DNA of 64,000 nucleotides from an uncultured Pseudomonadota bacterium (GTDB lineage: Bacteria > Pseudomonadota > Alphaproteobacteria > Acetobacterales > Acetobacteraceae), in NCBI GenBank assembly GCA_963832865.1, contig CAWHWH010000041.1, forward strand, positions 431,532 to 495,531, in the 5' to 3' direction. How positions within the stretch are numbered: the stretch's first letter is position 1; the number at the start of each line of letters is the position of its first letter. The notes under the pieces were generated by a model. It ran no database searches, was not told the origin of the DNA, and worked only from the letters and a program-made list of their open reading frames with translations. Positions 21,287 through 33,452 of the stretch are shown here, one piece after another. The position numbers and the translations under genes are program-made.

Positions 21287-21967
21287 ATGCGCGCCGCGAT
21301 CATCGGATTTGCCTTTGCCACAGTCCTGGCCACCAGCGTTCAGGCGCAGGAAGCGCCAGTTGTGGTGGAACTCTTCACCTCCCAGGGTTGTTCGTCTTGT
21401 CCCCCTGCGGATGCATTCCTGACCGATCTGGCTCATCAGCGCCATGACGTTCTGCCGCTGGCGTTCCACGTCACCTATTGGGACTACCTCGGCTGGAAAG
21501 ATCCCTATTCACTAGACGCCGCCACCGCTCGGCAGCGTGAGTATGCCCGCCATCTGGGCGAGGACGGCGTGTACACGCCGCAGATGGTGGTGGACGGAGC
21601 GAAAGGCTTTGTGGGCTCCAGCCGGGCGGAGGGGTTAAGCGCGATTGCGGGAGCGGCCCCCAAACAGGTTCCGGTCAGCGTCGCTCGTGACGCGGGATCC
21701 CTGTTGATCATGGTCGGCGCCGGGGTTGGAAAAGCCCAGGTGCTGTTGGTCGGCTTCGATCGGACCCATGAGACTCCGGTCGGCCGAGGCGAAAACAGAG
21801 GGCATACGTTGCTAGAGTCCAACGTTGTCCGTTCATTGGCACCGATCGGCGCCTGGAATGGGTCGGCGGTGACGCTGCGTCAGACCCCGCCCGCCGGGGA
21901 TGGCTTCGCCGTGCTGCTTCAAGCCGAGGATGGCCGCATCTTAGGGGCCGCTCGGCTAGCATCCTGA
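21287..21967 (+). CDS. DUF1223 thioredoxin-like secreted protein
   Basis: Signal peptide followed by 'VVELFTSQGCSSCPPAD', the hallmark of DUF1223. Confidence 0.8.
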   Translation: MRAAIIGFAFATVLATSVQAQEAPVVVELFTSQGCSSCPPADAFLTDLAHQRHDVLPLAFHVTYWDYLGWKDPYSLDAATARQREYARHLGEDGVYTPQMVVDGAKGFVGSSRAEGLSAIAGAAPKQVPVSVARDAGSLLIMVGAGVGKAQVLLVGFDRTHETPVGRGENRGHTLLESNVVRSLAPIGAWNGSAVTLRQTPPAGDGFAVLLQAEDGRILGAARLAS

Positions 21968-22047
21968 CCGCTTGCCGTTTTTCCGCGGAGACAGCAACGG
22001 GTCGTGCACGCGCTAGCCGGCCCGGGCATCGCATGATCCACGAGCCG

Positions 22048-22073
22048 CTTTTGGCTTCTGGGACAGCCAAAAG
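22048..22073 (+). terminator. perfect 9-bp stem hairpin (CTTTTGGCT-N8-AGCCAAAAG) downstream of the DUF1223 gene
   Basis: Read directly from the sequence. There is no clear U-tract, so terminator function is uncertain. Confidence 0.25.
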
Positions 22074-22159
22074 GGCGGACTTGCGGCGTCAGGATACCTT
22101 GCGGCCCTGAAATTAATATCGTAAATCATCCAAGACAGATAAGCTCTTGGGGGAAAACA

Positions 22160-23761
22160 ATGTTCCATCAGCTGCTGACGCCCATCGGCGATAGCCTTCC
22201 GCTGTCGTTCCTGGTCGCGGCGCTGCCGATTGTCGTTGTGCTGGTCATGTTGGGCGCGCTGCGTCGGCCGGCTTGGCAGGCATCGTTAGCCGGCCTGATC
22301 GTAGGCTTCGTTGTCGCCGTCGCAGCCTGGCAGATGCCGGTGGCCCTGGCACTGGACAGCGTTGCGGCTGGCGCGGTTTTCGCGCTGTGGCCGGTGATGT
22401 GGATCGTATTCAACGCCCTGCTACTTTACAACATCGCCGTTGCCTCCGGGCGGTTCGATGCTTTCCGCGACTGGGTTCTGAATCACCTGCCAAATGATCG
22501 GCGAATCGTGCTCGTGGTGATTGGGTTCTGCTTCGGTTGCCTGCTTGAGGGCATCGCCGGCTTCGGCACTCCGGTCGCGATCACCAGCGCGTTGCTGATC
22601 CTGGTTGGATTTCCCCCGCTGGAGGCTTTGACCTTCACGTTGATTTTCAACACGGCCCCGGTGGCGTTCGGCGCGTTGGGTGTTCCTGTGACGGTGCTGG
22701 GCCAGGTTACCGGCCTTCCGGCGATGAAGCTTGGCGCGATGATCGGCCGGCAATTGCCGTTTCTGGCGATGCTGCTGCCGTTCTATGTCATGACGTTGTA
22801 TGGCGGAGTGCGATCGGTGAAAGTGCTTTGGCCGGTGCTGCTGGTCTCAGGCGCCAGCTTCGCCATAGCACAGTTCGTGACCTCCAACTACCTGGATTAT
22901 GCCTTGACCGACGTGCTGTCATCCTTGACCGCACTGATAGTGACTTTGTTGTTCCTGCGAATTTGGAAGCCGGACGCCGACCCTAGTTTTGCAGTGAGCT
23001 CAAAGGTGACTGGCGCGGCGCGACAAACGGCGGTGCCGCTCTGGCAGGGCTGGCTACCGTGGATCGTAGTCTCTGTAGTCGTCATCGCCTGGACCCACCT
23101 TAAGGTCTCTGCCATCGGCCAGCAGGCAATCCCCTGGCCAGGGCTGCACAATCAGATTGCGATCACGCTGTATGATAACAAACCCTACGCAGCCATCTGG
23201 GCGTTCCAGCCGCTGGCAACCGGGACGGCAATCCTGGTGGCGGCCGTCATCACCGCGGCCTGGGTTGGCATTGGCCCGGCCCGGTTTTTGACAGCCGTCG
23301 GTAGTACCTGGAAGCAGAGCCGGATCGCGATCCTGACCGTCGCCCTGATCGTCGCCCTTGCCTACGTGATGAACTACTCCGGTCTCAATTATACGCTCGG
23401 CAAAGGCGCGGCCTCGATGGGCTTCCTTTTCCCGCTGGTGTCGCCCTTCCTGGGATGGGTGGCGGTGTTCCTGTCGGGCAGTGACACCTCAGGGAACGCA
23501 CTGTTCGGAAACCTACAGGTAGTGGCGGCGAATCAGCTCGGGTTGAATCCGGTGCTCATTGCGGCGACAAATTCCTCCGGCGGGGTGATGGGTAAGATGA
23601 TATCGCCGCAGAATATCGCGACCGGGGTTTCAGTCACGGACCTGAAGGGACATGAGGGCGTGGTGTTCGCTCGGACCTTCAAACATAGCATTGCGTTGAC
23701 AGTGCTGCTGGGCCTGCTGGTGGTCATGCAGCAATACGTTGTTCCATGGATGATCCCGTGA
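22160..23761 (+). CDS. lctP: L-lactate permease (LctP family)
   Basis: 533 aa, polytopic, with an N-terminus and 'GFCFGCLLEGIAGFGTPVAIT' typical of LctP/LldP. Confidence 0.9.
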   Translation: MFHQLLTPIGDSLPLSFLVAALPIVVVLVMLGALRRPAWQASLAGLIVGFVVAVAAWQMPVALALDSVAAGAVFALWPVMWIVFNALLLYNIAVASGRFDAFRDWVLNHLPNDRRIVLVVIGFCFGCLLEGIAGFGTPVAITSALLILVGFPPLEALTFTLIFNTAPVAFGALGVPVTVLGQVTGLPAMKLGAMIGRQLPFLAMLLPFYVMTLYGGVRSVKVLWPVLLVSGASFAIAQFVTSNYLDYALTDVLSSLTALIVTLLFLRIWKPDADPSFAVSSKVTGAARQTAVPLWQGWLPWIVVSVVVIAWTHLKVSAIGQQAIPWPGLHNQIAITLYDNKPYAAIWAFQPLATGTAILVAAVITAAWVGIGPARFLTAVGSTWKQSRIAILTVALIVALAYVMNYSGLNYTLGKGAASMGFLFPLVSPFLGWVAVFLSGSDTSGNALFGNLQVVAANQLGLNPVLIAATNSSGGVMGKMISPQNIATGVSVTDLKGHEGVVFARTFKHSIALTVLLGLLVVMQQYVVPWMIP

Positions 23762-23856
23762 AGCGAGGCAGGCGCTACGTCAACACATTTTCCTGCTCTG
23801 CTCCACGCGAAACAACTGAGATACTGACCTGCTGATTATTGGCAGACCAGGCAGCG

Positions 23857-24273
23857 CTATTCCTCGTTTTCCTCTGCGGCCTCAACAGGACCGCTGTCAA
23901 GCCCTTTGGCGGATGTATCGCGATCGACCAGCTCGATGACGGCCATGTCGGCGGCATCCCCGTAGCGAACGCCAGCCTTCAGCACTCGAGTATAGCCGCC
24001 CGCGCGCGTCTTGTAACGATCAGCCAGGGTGCCGAAGAGCTTTGTAACGATCACATCGTCACGCAATTCAGCGTAAGCCAAACGCTTGTTAGCCAGGCCC
24101 CCCTTCTTGCCCAGGGTTATCAGTTTCTCCGCGACTGGGCGGAGTTCCTTTGCCTTCGGCAGGGTCGTGGTGATCTGCTCGTGCTTCAGCAGCGCATGCG
24201 CCATGTTCCGAAACATGGCCAAGCGGTGGGTGGAGGTAACCCCGAGCTTCCGGCCGGCAACACCGTGACGCAT
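23857..24273 (-). CDS. rplQ: 50S ribosomal protein L17
   Basis: '[20 protein letters not shown]' plus operon position after rpoA. Confidence 0.97.
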   Translation of the reverse strand: MRHGVAGRKLGVTSTHRLAMFRNMAHALLKHEQITTTLPKAKELRPVAEKLITLGKKGGLANKRLAYAELRDDVIVTKLFGTLADRYKTRAGGYTRVLKAGVRYGDAADMAVIELVDRDTSAKGLDSGPVEAAEENEE

Positions 24274-24337
24274 AATCTATTTCCTTGATTCCGATCTGAC
24301 CGACTTGCGCCGATTCAAGCATAAGTTCGATCTCTGC

Positions 24338-25369
24338 TCAGAACGGCTCCTCGAGCCGCTTGGCCAGGTCTTCGATATTCTCGGGCGGCCAACCGGCGAC
24401 GCTCATGCCGAGGCCCAGCCCCATGGAGGTAAGAACCTCCTTTATCTCGTTCAGCGACTTGCGGCCAAAGTTCGGCGTGCGCAGCATTTCCTGTTCCGAC
24501 TTCTGCACCAGGTCGCCGATGTAAACGATATTGTCGTTCTTCAGGCAGTTAGCGCTGCGGACTGACAGTTCCAACTCATCCACCTTGCGGAGCAGGTTGC
24601 GGTTGAAGGGCAGATCGTCCTCGGGCTCCTCCGCGCGGATCTGCTGCGGTTCATCAAAGTTGATGAACAGCTGGAGCTGATCCTGCAAAATGCGCGCTGC
24701 AAGGGCCACGGAGTCTTCCGGCGTAACGGCGCCGTTGGTCTCCACCGTCAGCAACAGCTTGTCGTAGTCGGTCACCTGGCCCACACGGGTGGGCGCCACG
24801 CTGTAAGACACACGGCGTACCGGAGAGTAGATGGAATCAACGGGGATGAGGCCGATCGGGGCGTCTTCTGGACGGTTGACGCTCGACGGCTGGTAGCCTT
24901 TGCCCAGGTTGACCGTGAACTCCATGCCCAACTTTACGCCATCGTCAAGGGTGCAGATAACCAAGTCCGGGTTCATGATGTCTATATCGTGACCGGACTG
25001 GATCTGGCCGGCGCGCACCTCACCCGGACCGGTCGCAGTCAGCGTCATGCGTTTCGGGCCTTCGCCGTGCATTCGCAGCGCGAGCTGCTTGATGTTTAGC
25101 ACGATGTCGGTCACGTCCTCCCGCACACCAGGAACGCTGCTGAACTCATGCAACACGCCGTCGATCTGCACCGCTGTCACCGCGGCACCTTGCAATGAGG
25201 ATAACAGGATGCGACGGATGGCGTTGCCCAGGGTCATGCCGAAGCCGCGCTCCAGCGGTTCGGCGACAACGGTGGCGACGCGCGATGGATCGGCGCCTGG
25301 CTCGACCTCCAACTTTTCTGGCTTGATCAGAGACTGCCAATTTCTCTGAATAACTGCGCTTTGCCTCAT
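24338..25369 (-). CDS. rpoA: DNA-directed RNA polymerase alpha subunit
   Basis: 343 aa with '[16 protein letters not shown]' and the C-terminal domain '[13 protein letters not shown]'. Confidence 0.97.
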   Translation of the reverse strand: MRQSAVIQRNWQSLIKPEKLEVEPGADPSRVATVVAEPLERGFGMTLGNAIRRILLSSLQGAAVTAVQIDGVLHEFSSVPGVREDVTDIVLNIKQLALRMHGEGPKRMTLTATGPGEVRAGQIQSGHDIDIMNPDLVICTLDDGVKLGMEFTVNLGKGYQPSSVNRPEDAPIGLIPVDSIYSPVRRVSYSVAPTRVGQVTDYDKLLLTVETNGAVTPEDSVALAARILQDQLQLFINFDEPQQIRAEEPEDDLPFNRNLLRKVDELELSVRSANCLKNDNIVYIGDLVQKSEQEMLRTPNFGRKSLNEIKEVLTSMGLGLGMSVAGWPPENIEDLAKRLEEPF

Positions 25370-25545
25370 ACTACCAACACCTTTCGAACCGCGTCAGGGC
25401 GCGGTTGACGTCCCTTGGGCAGTGTTCAAAACCCGGCCAGGTCAAAACCCCCAGCTTGGTAAACGCTTACTATTTTCGCCCGCCCCTACCCGTCACGCCG
25501 GTTGTCGTCCGGTCAGGGGCGAACGTGAAACTCGAACGCCTCGCC

Positions 25546-25941
25546 TCAGACGCGGCGCCGCTTGCGCGGCCGGCAGCCATTGTGCGGTATCGGCGTCATG
25601 TCCCGGATGGTGGAGACTGCGAAGCCCACCGCTTGCAGCGCGCGCAGAGCGCTCTCACGTCCCGAACCTGGGCCGCTTACCTCGATCTCCAGCGTCTCCA
25701 TACCATGTTCACGGGCTTTCTTGCCGGCATCCTCGGCCGCGACCTGGGCGGCGTAGGGCGTGCTTTTGCGGCTGCCCTTGAAACCCTGGCTGCCCGCCGA
25801 CGACCACGCGATCGCGTTACCTTGTGCATCCGTGATAGTGATCACCGTATTGTTGAACGTAGCAGCAACGTGCGCTACGCCGGCGATAATATTCTTGCGC
25901 TCCTTGCGGCGAGGCCGAGCGGCTGCGGCGGGTTTCGCCAT
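25546..25941 (-). CDS. rpsK: 30S ribosomal protein S11
   Basis: '[20 protein letters not shown]' pattern. Start trimmed to [14 protein letters not shown]. Confidence 0.95.
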   Translation of the reverse strand: MAKPAAAARPRRKERKNIIAGVAHVAATFNNTVITITDAQGNAIAWSSAGSQGFKGSRKSTPYAAQVAAEDAGKKAREHGMETLEIEVSGPGSGRESALRALQAVGFAVSTIRDMTPIPHNGCRPRKRRRV

Positions 25942-26027
25942 GGTGTTTTTTAATCCTGCTTCAACTGCCAACCACGCCGGGGACCGGCACGGCATAACGC
26001 TTCGATAAGAAGGCCCCGGGGAGGACC

Positions 26028-26405
26028 TTATTTGGTGACTTTCTTCTTGCCGGCGATTGCCACCGCCTTGCCCTTGCGGGTCCGGGCATTGGTGTGGGTT
26101 CGCTGACCACGCACCGGCAGGCCACGGCGATGCCGCAAGCCGCGGTAGCAGCCCAAGTCCATCAGTCGTTTGATGTTCATCGCAACTTCGCGCCGCAGAT
26201 CTCCTTCCACGCGATACTCGCGGTCAATCAATTCCCTGATGCGGAGTATTTCCTCATCCGAGAGCTGATTGACCCGGCGCTCGTCCGGTATGCTAAGCTG
26301 CTGGCAGATCGCCGCCGCCTTAGCCGGGCCGATGCCGTAGATATATCGAAGCCCGATGGTCACTCGCTTGTTCGTTGGGATATTCACGCCGGCAATACGC
26401 GCCAC
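26028..26405 (-). CDS. rpsM: 30S ribosomal protein S13
   Basis: '[14 protein letters not shown]'. GTG start at 26405. Confidence 0.95.
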   Translation of the reverse strand: MARIAGVNIPTNKRVTIGLRYIYGIGPAKAAAICQQLSIPDERRVNQLSDEEILRIRELIDREYRVEGDLRREVAMNIKRLMDLGCYRGLRHRRGLPVRGQRTHTNARTRKGKAVAIAGKKKVTK

Positions 26406-26583
26406 GCTCAACACTCCTGTCGCCCGACATTCCATCAGGCCTTCTGCTGCCCCGCCGGGCTGAAAATACGCGCAAGCAGCGCCAAACCTATATGGGGTCG
26501 CGCCGGAGCGCGGGACTATAGGTCCCGGCGCGCAGGAGTCAATGAAGACTTATCAACTCTGCGTGAGGAATTCAATATCAATC

Positions 26584-27234
26584 TCAAGCCACGGCCAGAG
26601 CAGCTTCGATTTGCCTGGCCACCTCGTCAATATCGGCCATCCCGTCTACGGGTCTTAGTTTTCCAGCCTTTGCGTAGTGCGGGATAATCGGCGCGGTTTG
26701 ACGGTGGTAGGCCTCCAACCGAGCAGCAACGGTTTCGCGGTTGTCGTCCGCGCGGCGGATAAATTCGGTTGCGCCACAAACGTCGCAGACGCCAACAGTG
26801 GCGGTTGGTTTAAAGGTGTCGTGGTAGCCGGTGCCGCATTTGGCACAGGTGAAGCGGCCGGCAATGCGATCGGTTAACGCGGCGTCATCGACTTTCAGTT
26901 CGACCACGGCATCCAGATTAAGATGTTTCTCGGCCAACATTTGGTCCAACGCCTGGGCCTGTGGTACCGTGCGCGGAAAGCCGTCGAGGATGAAGCCGTT
27001 GACGGCGTCGGGTTGCTCCAGCCTGGATGCCAGCATGCGGATCAGGATGTCGTCGGAAACGAGTTGCCCCGCCTCCATAATCGCCTTGGCCTCCCTGCCG
27101 ATCGGGGACCCGGCGCCAACCTCAGCCCGCAACATGTCGCCGGTGGAGATTTGGACGATTCCATACCTGTCCTCCAAGCGCTTGGCCTGAGTGCCCTTGC
27201 CCGCGCCGGGTGGGCCCAGGAGAATGAGTTTCAC
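26584..27234 (-). CDS. adk: adenylate kinase
   Basis: '[17 protein letters not shown]' and the lid 'CAKCG...CDVCG'. Confidence 0.97.
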   Translation of the reverse strand: MKLILLGPPGAGKGTQAKRLEDRYGIVQISTGDMLRAEVGAGSPIGREAKAIMEAGQLVSDDILIRMLASRLEQPDAVNGFILDGFPRTVPQAQALDQMLAEKHLNLDAVVELKVDDAALTDRIAGRFTCAKCGTGYHDTFKPTATVGVCDVCGATEFIRRADDNRETVAARLEAYHRQTAPIIPHYAKAGKLRPVDGMADIDEVARQIEAALAVA

Positions 27235-28568
27235 CGACGTCCCTTTGCCCGCGTTTTTCGGATCAGGCCTTCGTATTGATGTGCGAGCAGATGCGACTGG
27301 ATCTGCGTCACAGTATCCATTGTAACCGAGACCACGATCAAGATCGAGGTGCCACCGAAATAGAACGGCAGACCGTAGTCTGTGATCAGAATTTGCGGCA
27401 GCAGGCAGATCAGCACCAGGTATATGCCGCCCACCGTCGTTAAGCGGGTCAGGATTCGATCGAAATACTCTGCGGTGGCGCTCCCAGGCCGAATGCCCGG
27501 AATGAAACCGCCGTATTTCTTCAAATTATCCGCGGTTTCCTCCGGGTTAAAGACCACCGCGGTGTAGAAATAGGAGAAGAAAATGATCATGAAGGCGTAC
27601 AAGCCCAGATACAGCGGCTGACCCTGCCCAAGCTGGGACGCGATCGCCTGTAGCCAGGGCGGCCCATTGGTCGCGAAGCCTGCGATCGCCGCCGGAATCA
27701 TCAGGATAGAACTGGCGAAAATCGGCGGAATGACGCCCGAGGTGTTGATCTTCAGCGGTATATGTGTCGAGTCGCCACCAAACATCCGGTTGCCGACCTG
27801 GCGCTTGGGGTACTGCACCGCGATCCGGCGCTGCGCCCGCTCCACGAACACTATGATAGCGATCGTGGCGACGGCGATGACCATGAACAGCAGTATAAAT
27901 AACGGTGATAGCGCGCCGGTCCGTCCCATCTCCAGCAATGAAGCGAACGCGTTTGGCAGATTGGCGACGATGCCGGACATGATGATCAGGCTGGTGCCGT
28001 TGCCGATGCCGCGGGCGGTAATCTGCTCCCCCAGCCACATCAGGAACATGGTGCCGCCGACCAGTGTGATCATGCAGGACAGGCGGAAAAACCATCCTGG
28101 ATCGATTACCGCGGCGCCAAAACTGCCATGCATCGTCTCGAGGCCCACGGCAATGCCGTAGGACTGGAACATAGCGATGACGACTGTCAGATAGCGGGTG
28201 TATTGGTTGAGCTTCTTGCGCCCCTGCTCGCCCTCTTTCTTGAGGGTCTCGAGCGTCGGGATCGCGGCGGACATCAACTGGATGATGATGCTGGCGCTGA
28301 TGTAGGGCATGATGTTCAGTGCGAAGACGGTCATGCGCCGCAAGGCGCCTCCGGTGAACATGTCGAACATGCCGAGGATGCCCCCGCCGTGTTGCGACAT
28401 CATCTCCCCCATCACCGAGGCATCGACGCCGGGGACGGGGATATAGGTGCCGATCCGGTAGACGATCAGCGCCCCGAGCGTAAACCATATCCGTTGCTTG
28501 AGCTCGGTCGCCTTTGAAAAGACGCCCATGTTGAGATTGGCTGCAAGCTGTTCGGCAGCGGAGGCCAT
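27231..28568 (-). CDS. secY: preprotein translocase subunit SecY
   Basis: 445 aa, polytopic, in the canonical position between rplO and adk. ATGA overlap with adk. Confidence 0.97.
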   Translation of the reverse strand: MASAAEQLAANLNMGVFSKATELKQRIWFTLGALIVYRIGTYIPVPGVDASVMGEMMSQHGGGILGMFDMFTGGALRRMTVFALNIMPYISASIIIQLMSAAIPTLETLKKEGEQGRKKLNQYTRYLTVVIAMFQSYGIAVGLETMHGSFGAAVIDPGWFFRLSCMITLVGGTMFLMWLGEQITARGIGNGTSLIIMSGIVANLPNAFASLLEMGRTGALSPLFILLFMVIAVATIAIIVFVERAQRRIAVQYPKRQVGNRMFGGDSTHIPLKINTSGVIPPIFASSILMIPAAIAGFATNGPPWLQAIASQLGQGQPLYLGLYAFMIIFFSYFYTAVVFNPEETADNLKKYGGFIPGIRPGSATAEYFDRILTRLTTVGGIYLVLICLLPQILITDYGLPFYFGGTSILIVVSVTMDTVTQIQSHLLAHQYEGLIRKTRAKGRR

Positions 28569-28708
28569 GAGATGTCCTTTTTACGACGGCCGGCGAGGGG
28601 CTATTGTCTGCCCGGCTGGAGTTGGGCGCAAGCCGAATGCTGATCAAGCCACAATCTGCAACAGCGGCTCATCGCCGGAGCCCATCTCGCGCCTACCGGA
28701 GCCGCGAG

Positions 28709-29197
28709 TTAGGTCGCTTCCGCGGGAGGCACTTTCGCGGCGACGGTAGTGGTCAGCGAACCGCCTGCCTGTTCTACAGCGGCCTTCGCCGTCGCGGAGG
28801 CGCCCGAGACGGTTATGGTGACCGCACGAGAGATCCGGCCGTCGCCCAGCAGGCGGATGCCGTCCTTATCGCTGGACGCCAGGCCCGCAGCATACAGCGT
28901 CGCCTCAGTAATAGGTTGCGACCCGTCGATTTTTCCCGAACTTATTGCTGTGTCGAGCGCACCCAGGTTCACCGGAGCATATTCTTTGCGAAAATGATTG
29001 TGGAAGCCACGCTTCGGCAAGCGGCGATAAATCGGGAGCTGTCCGCCTTCGAAACCGTTCAGCGCCACACCCTCGCGGGCTTTCTGGCCCTTGACGCCCT
29101 TGCCGGAGGTCTTGCCCTTGCCGGAGCCGATGCCGCGACCAAGCCGCTTGGATTTCAGCCGCGCGCCAGGATTGTCACGCAAATCGTTGAGGTTCAT
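28709..29197 (-). CDS. rplO: 50S ribosomal protein L15
   Basis: '[12 protein letters not shown]...[20 protein letters not shown]'. Confidence 0.95.
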   Translation of the reverse strand: MNLNDLRDNPGARLKSKRLGRGIGSGKGKTSGKGVKGQKAREGVALNGFEGGQLPIYRRLPKRGFHNHFRKEYAPVNLGALDTAISSGKIDGSQPITEATLYAAGLASSDKDGIRLLGDGRISRAVTITVSGASATAKAAVEQAGGSLTTTVAAKVPPAEAT

Positions 29198-29198
29198 T

Positions 29199-29381
29199 TT
29201 AGGAAAGCTCCTCCACCTTGATTAGGTGGGCGACCTTGCGGATCATCCCGCGAACTGATGGGGTGTCTTCCAGCTCACGGGTGCTCCGCAGTTTGTTCAA
29301 GCCCAGACCCACCAGCGTTTCCTTCTGGCCGGGCTTGCGACCGAGTGCCGACGCAGTCTGCGTCACGCGAACCTTAGGCAT
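29199..29381 (-). CDS. rpmD: 50S ribosomal protein L30
   Basis: 60 aa, '[24 protein letters not shown]'. Start trimmed to the internal ATG. Confidence 0.9.
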   Translation of the reverse strand: MPKVRVTQTASALGRKPGQKETLVGLGLNKLRSTRELEDTPSVRGMIRKVAHLIKVEELS

Positions 29382-29985
29382 TGGCAGGTGCCTCCGGCGC
29401 CGCGGGTGGGGCGCCGATGACCGCGTTCGGGATCTCGCGGCGGCCAAACAGCTCTGGCACCTTCTTGCCACGGCGGGTGGCGACGGAGCGCGGGCTGGCG
29501 CATTTCTGCAGCGCCGCGAACGCCGCCTTCACCATATTATGCGGGTTCCGGCTGCCGAGGCTTTTGGCCACGACGTCGCCGATGCCCAACGTTTCGAACA
29601 CCGCGCGCAGCGGGCCGCCGGCGATGATCCCGGTGCCCGCGGTGGCGGAGCGAAGGATGACGTTGCCGGCACCGTAGTGACCCTCGACGTCGTGATGCAA
29701 CGTGCGGCCTTCTTTCATCGGCACCCGGATCATGCCGCGCTTGGCGCGTTCGGTTGCCTTGCGAATGGCCTCTGGCACCTCGCGTGCTTTGCCGGCGCCA
29801 TAGCCGACGCGGCCCTTCTGATCGCCTACAACGACCAGAGCTGCGAAGGCAAAGCGACGTCCACCCTTCACCACCTTGGCGACGCGGTTGATGGTGACCA
29901 GCTTGTCGATGATGCCGTCATCGGGCTCGCGGTCACCGCCGCGATCTCGGCTCCGGCCGCCACCTTCTCTCGGTTCACGTGCCAT
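29374..29985 (-). CDS. rpsE: 30S ribosomal protein S5
   Basis: '[31 protein letters not shown]'. Confidence 0.95.
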   Translation of the reverse strand: MAREPREGGGRSRDRGGDREPDDGIIDKLVTINRVAKVVKGGRRFAFAALVVVGDQKGRVGYGAGKAREVPEAIRKATERAKRGMIRVPMKEGRTLHHDVEGHYGAGNVILRSATAGTGIIAGGPLRAVFETLGIGDVVAKSLGSRNPHNMVKAAFAALQKCASPRSVATRRGKKVPELFGRREIPNAVIGAPPAAPEAPANA

Positions 29986-30025
29986 AAACTATTCCTTCAA
30001 GCGCCCACATCCGCGGGACGTTCCC

Positions 30026-30388
30026 TTAAAAGTCCAGCCCGCTTTCACGGGCGGCATCGGCCAGGGTCTTGACCCGGCCATGATACAAATAGGCACCGCG
30101 GTCGAAGACCACCTGCTTGATCCCGGCCGCCAGCGCGCGCTCGGCGACTAGTTTTCCTACAGCCGCGGCGGCGGCCTTATCCGCCCCGGTCTTCAATTCG
30201 GCCTTCAGCGCAGCGTCCAGAGTCGAGGCGGCGGCCACTGTGCGGCCCTGCGTATCATCGATGATCTGGGCATACATGTTCTTGCCGGACCGAAAAACCG
30301 ACAGACGGGGCCGCCCGTGTGACTTGTGCTTGATCTGGTAACGCAGCCGGCTCTTGCGGCGAACAGCGAGGTCGTGCTTGGCGCTCAT
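30026..30388 (-). CDS. rplR: 50S ribosomal protein L18
   Basis: '[17 protein letters not shown]' and 'FDRG.Y.YHGRVK.LA'. Confidence 0.95.
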   Translation of the reverse strand: MSAKHDLAVRRKSRLRYQIKHKSHGRPRLSVFRSGKNMYAQIIDDTQGRTVAAASTLDAALKAELKTGADKAAAAAVGKLVAERALAAGIKQVVFDRGAYLYHGRVKTLADAARESGLDF

Positions 30389-30918
30389 TTCTTCTTGCCT
30401 TCCTTGCGCCGGATGGTTTCGTCAGTGTAGCGAGCCCCTTTGCCCTTGTAAGGCTCGGGGGGGCGGAACGAGCGAATCTCAGAAGCGACCTGGCCAACCA
30501 AGCGCTTGTCGGTGCCTTCAACTTTGATCGCGGTCGGCCGCTCGCAGGTGATCTTGATCCCTTCCGGAACCGGGTAGACCACCGGATGCGAGAACCCGAG
30601 ATTGATTTCCAGGTTCTTGCCCTGAACGGCGGCGCGATAGCCGGTGCCGGTGATCTCCAGCGACTTCGAGTAGCCGGTCGACACGCCCTTCACCATGCAG
30701 GCGATGATCGCGCGCGTCGTGCCCCACATCATGCGGTTGCGGGTCTCATTGCTGCGCGGTTTGACAACAACCTTGTTGGCATCGATCGTGACCTCGACGA
30801 GCTCGGAAAGCGGCATCTTCTGCTCGCCGAGCTTGCCTTTCGCGGTCACCATCCCCCCGGCGATGGCGACCTGCACACCGGCGGGAATTTCGACCGGGTA
30901 TTTTCCTACGCGTGACAT
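30385..30918 (-). CDS. rplF: 50S ribosomal protein L6
   Basis: '[15 protein letters not shown]'. Start trimmed; ATGA overlap with rplR. Confidence 0.95.
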   Translation of the reverse strand: MSRVGKYPVEIPAGVQVAIAGGMVTAKGKLGEQKMPLSELVEVTIDANKVVVKPRSNETRNRMMWGTTRAIIACMVKGVSTGYSKSLEITGTGYRAAVQGKNLEINLGFSHPVVYPVPEGIKITCERPTAIKVEGTDKRLVGQVASEIRSFRPPEPYKGKGARYTDETIRRKEGKKK

Positions 30919-30931
30919 ACGCGCTTTCCCC

Positions 30932-31330
30932 TTAGAACACGCGACAGAGGACTTCGCCGCCAACATTGGCAGCGCGTGCCTCGGCATCGCTCATCACGCC
31001 CTGCGGCGTAGAAAGGATGGAAATACCCAGGCCAGCATAGACCCGCGGCAATTCCTTGATCTTCGCATATACCCGACGCCCAGGCTTGGACACCCGATTG
31101 ATCTCCTTGATGACCGGTTCCCCCTCATTGTACTTCAGCTCGATGCGCAGTTGTGCGACACCAGGACGAAGCTGTTCAGAGGCATAGCCCCGGATGAAGC
31201 CTTCGCGCTTCAGCACACCCAGTACGTTTTCCCGAAGCTTGGACGCCGGCGCCACACACACGGAATGGCGCGCGCGCTGTGCATTACGGATGCGGGTCAG
31301 CATATCCCCAACGGGATCGGACATGGACAT
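30932..31330 (-). CDS. rpsH: 30S ribosomal protein S8
   Basis: '[13 protein letters not shown]'. Confidence 0.95.
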   Translation of the reverse strand: MSMSDPVGDMLTRIRNAQRARHSVCVAPASKLRENVLGVLKREGFIRGYASEQLRPGVAQLRIELKYNEGEPVIKEINRVSKPGRRVYAKIKELPRVYAGLGISILSTPQGVMSDAEARAANVGGEVLCRVF

Positions 31331-31342
31331 CGTTCCGTCCCC

Positions 31343-31648
31343 TTACCAGCTTGCCTTGACCATACCGGGTATCTGCCCGGCGCTGGCCAAATCGCGAAGC
31401 GCAATACGGCAGAGCTTGAACTTGCGATAATTGCCGCGTGAGCGGCCGGTCAGCTCACAGCGCAGGCGAACGCGCACGGCCGCACCGTTACGTGGCATCT
31501 GAGCCAGCTTCAGCGACGCATTGAAACGATCCTCGACAGGGAGCGTGCGGTCCATCAGCACGTCCTTGAGGACCCGGCGCTTCGACTTGTCGCGCTTCGC
31601 CATCTTCTCACGCATTATATTGCGGTTGACCTGGGAAGTTTTGGCCAT
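31343..31648 (-). CDS. rpsN: 30S ribosomal protein S14
   Basis: '[11 protein letters not shown]' and the C-terminal '[19 protein letters not shown]'. Start trimmed. Confidence 0.95.
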   Translation of the reverse strand: MAKTSQVNRNIMREKMAKRDKSKRRVLKDVLMDRTLPVEDRFNASLKLAQMPRNGAAVRVRLRCELTGRSRGNYRKFKLCRIALRDLASAGQIPGMVKASW

Positions 31649-31715
31649 CCTGTTTAGATCCTCCGGAACCTTTCGTCCCCTGGCTCGTCCAGGAGATCGG
31701 CGGTTTTCCAAAAAC

Positions 31716-32417
31716 TCAATTGGCGAAAGGTATGTCGAAAGCCTTCAGCAAGGCCTTCGCTTCGGAATCGGTTTTCGCGGTGGTGACGAACTGGATGTCC
31801 ATGCCGCGAACATCGTCCACCCGGTCGTAGTTGATTTCCGGGAAGATGATTTGTTCCTTGAGGCCCATGGCGAAGTTGCCACGACCATCGAAGCCCTTGC
31901 CGGTGATGCCACGGAAATCACGCACCCGCGGCATAGCGATAGTCACCAGACGATCGAGGAACTCATACATGCGCGCCTTGCGAAGCGTGACCTTGCAGCC
32001 GATCGGCAGGCCCTTCCGGATCTTGAAACCGGCGATCGCCTTCTTGGCGACGGTCTTCACCGGGCGTTGTCCGGCGATCGCGGCCAGTTCGGCAACCGCA
32101 GCGTCCAGCTTCTTCTGATCGCCGGTCGCTTCACCAACGCCCATGTTGATGACGATCTTTTCCAACTTCGGGATCTGCATCTCGTTCTGATAGTTGAACT
32201 CGCTACGCAGCTTTGCCCGCACTTCCTCCCGGTAGCGCTTCTGCATCCGCGGTATCTCAGGAGCCGACGCCGACGGGTTGTCGACGCCGACGATCGCTAC
32301 CCGTCGAGCTGCCCGCTGAGCTTCTTTCCCGGCCGGCGGGCCGCCGGCACCACGCGGGGCGGCGGCCTTCGCACCGCTCTTAGCACCACCTTTGGCCGGT
32401 TTTTTGGTTCCACTCAT
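31716..32417 (-). CDS. rplE: 50S ribosomal protein L5 with a ~57-aa Lys/Ala/Gly-rich N-terminal extension (alternative start 32246)
   Basis: The core 'MQKRYREEV...[16 protein letters not shown]' begins at residue 58. The upstream in-frame ATG at 32417 lies 4 nt after the rplX stop and has a GAAGG SD. Confidence 0.9.
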   Translation of the reverse strand: MSGTKKPAKGGAKSGAKAAAPRGAGGPPAGKEAQRAARRVAIVGVDNPSASAPEIPRMQKRYREEVRAKLRSEFNYQNEMQIPKLEKIVINMGVGEATGDQKKLDAAVAELAAIAGQRPVKTVAKKAIAGFKIRKGLPIGCKVTLRKARMYEFLDRLVTIAMPRVRDFRGITGKGFDGRGNFAMGLKEQIIFPEINYDRVDDVRGMDIQFVTTAKTDSEAKALLKAFDIPFAN

Positions 32418-32421
32418 GGCA

Positions 32422-32742
32422 CTAGCCTTCGATCACTTCGCCGGTCGCCTTTGCGATCCGGACCTTGCGACTGCCCTCCAGGACGCGGAACCCGACCTTG
32501 GTCGGCTTTTCGCTCTTAGGGTCGATCAGCTTCAGATTGGAGAGGTGAATCGTCGCTTCCTTGTCGACGATCCCGCCGGGCTGGCCCATGCCTGTCGGTT
32601 TCGTGTGATGGCGCGCCATGGCAGCACCCGCCACGATGGCCCGCTCGGCTTCGGGAAATACCCGCAGCACCTCGCCGCGTTGGCCCTTGCTCTTGCCGGT
32701 GGTGACCAGAACCCTGTCGCCCTTGCGAATACGTGCGGCCAT
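32422..32742 (-). CDS. rplX: 50S ribosomal protein L24
   Basis: '[22 protein letters not shown]'. Start trimmed; 1-nt overlap with the rplN stop. Confidence 0.95.
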   Translation of the reverse strand: MAARIRKGDRVLVTTGKSKGQRGEVLRVFPEAERAIVAGAAMARHHTKPTGMGQPGGIVDKEATIHLSNLKLIDPKSEKPTKVGFRVLEGSRKVRIAKATGEVIEG

Positions 32743-33110
32743 TATAAAACCTCCGGCGCTAGGGAGATGATCTTCATGAATTTCCGGCCACGCAGTTCGC
32801 GTACGACCGGGCCGAAGATCCGGGTGCCTATCGGCTCCTGCTGCTTGTTGATCAGCACGGCTGCGTTGCGGTCGAAGCGGATGGCGCTTCCATCGGGCCG
32901 GCGCACCGGGAAGGACGTCCGCACGATCACCGCCTGATGGACGTCGCCCTTCTTCACCTTGCCGCGCGGAATCGCTTCCTTGATCGACACGACGATAACG
33001 TCTCCCACCGACGCGAACCGACGCTTCGAGCCGCCAAGCACCTTGATGCACTGCACGCGGCGCGCGCCGGAATTGTCGGCGACCTCGAGATTGCTCTCTA
33101 CCTGGATCAT
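32742..33110 (-). CDS. rplN: 50S ribosomal protein L14
   Basis: '[17 protein letters not shown]'. Confidence 0.97.
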   Translation of the reverse strand: MIQVESNLEVADNSGARRVQCIKVLGGSKRRFASVGDVIVVSIKEAIPRGKVKKGDVHQAVIVRTSFPVRRPDGSAIRFDRNAAVLINKQQEPIGTRIFGPVVRELRGRKFMKIISLAPEVL

Positions 33111-33122
33111 TGCCCCATCCCC

Positions 33123-33440
33123 TTACAAGGTTGGTGCGGGTGCGGGGGGCGCCGGATGCGCTTCGGCGACCGCGACGGCTTCTTCCGGCGCGCTGCCTAG
33201 GATCTGACCGTTCCGCTCAACCAGAGTCCAGGTCTTCCGCTTACTAATCGGAGCGCATTCGACGATACGCACCATGTCGCCGACCTTGCAAACATTCGCC
33301 TCGTCGTGCGCTGCGTACTTCTTCGACTTCCGAATAAACTTTTTGTACAGCGGGTGCATAACGCGGCGATCGACCAGAACCGTAATGGTCTTGTCCATCT
33401 TGTCGCTGGTCACTCGCCCTGTCAGGACGCGCCTTGGCAT
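33123..33440 (-). CDS. rpsQ: 30S ribosomal protein S17 (with a ~25-aa Ala/Pro-rich C-terminal tail)
   Basis: '[19 protein letters not shown]' and 'HDE.N.C..GD.V.I.E..P.SK.K.W'. Confidence 0.95.
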   Translation of the reverse strand: MPRRVLTGRVTSDKMDKTITVLVDRRVMHPLYKKFIRKSKKYAAHDEANVCKVGDMVRIVECAPISKRKTWTLVERNGQILGSAPEEAVAVAEAHPAPPAPAPTL

Positions 33441-33452
33441 CGCCCTCTCTCC

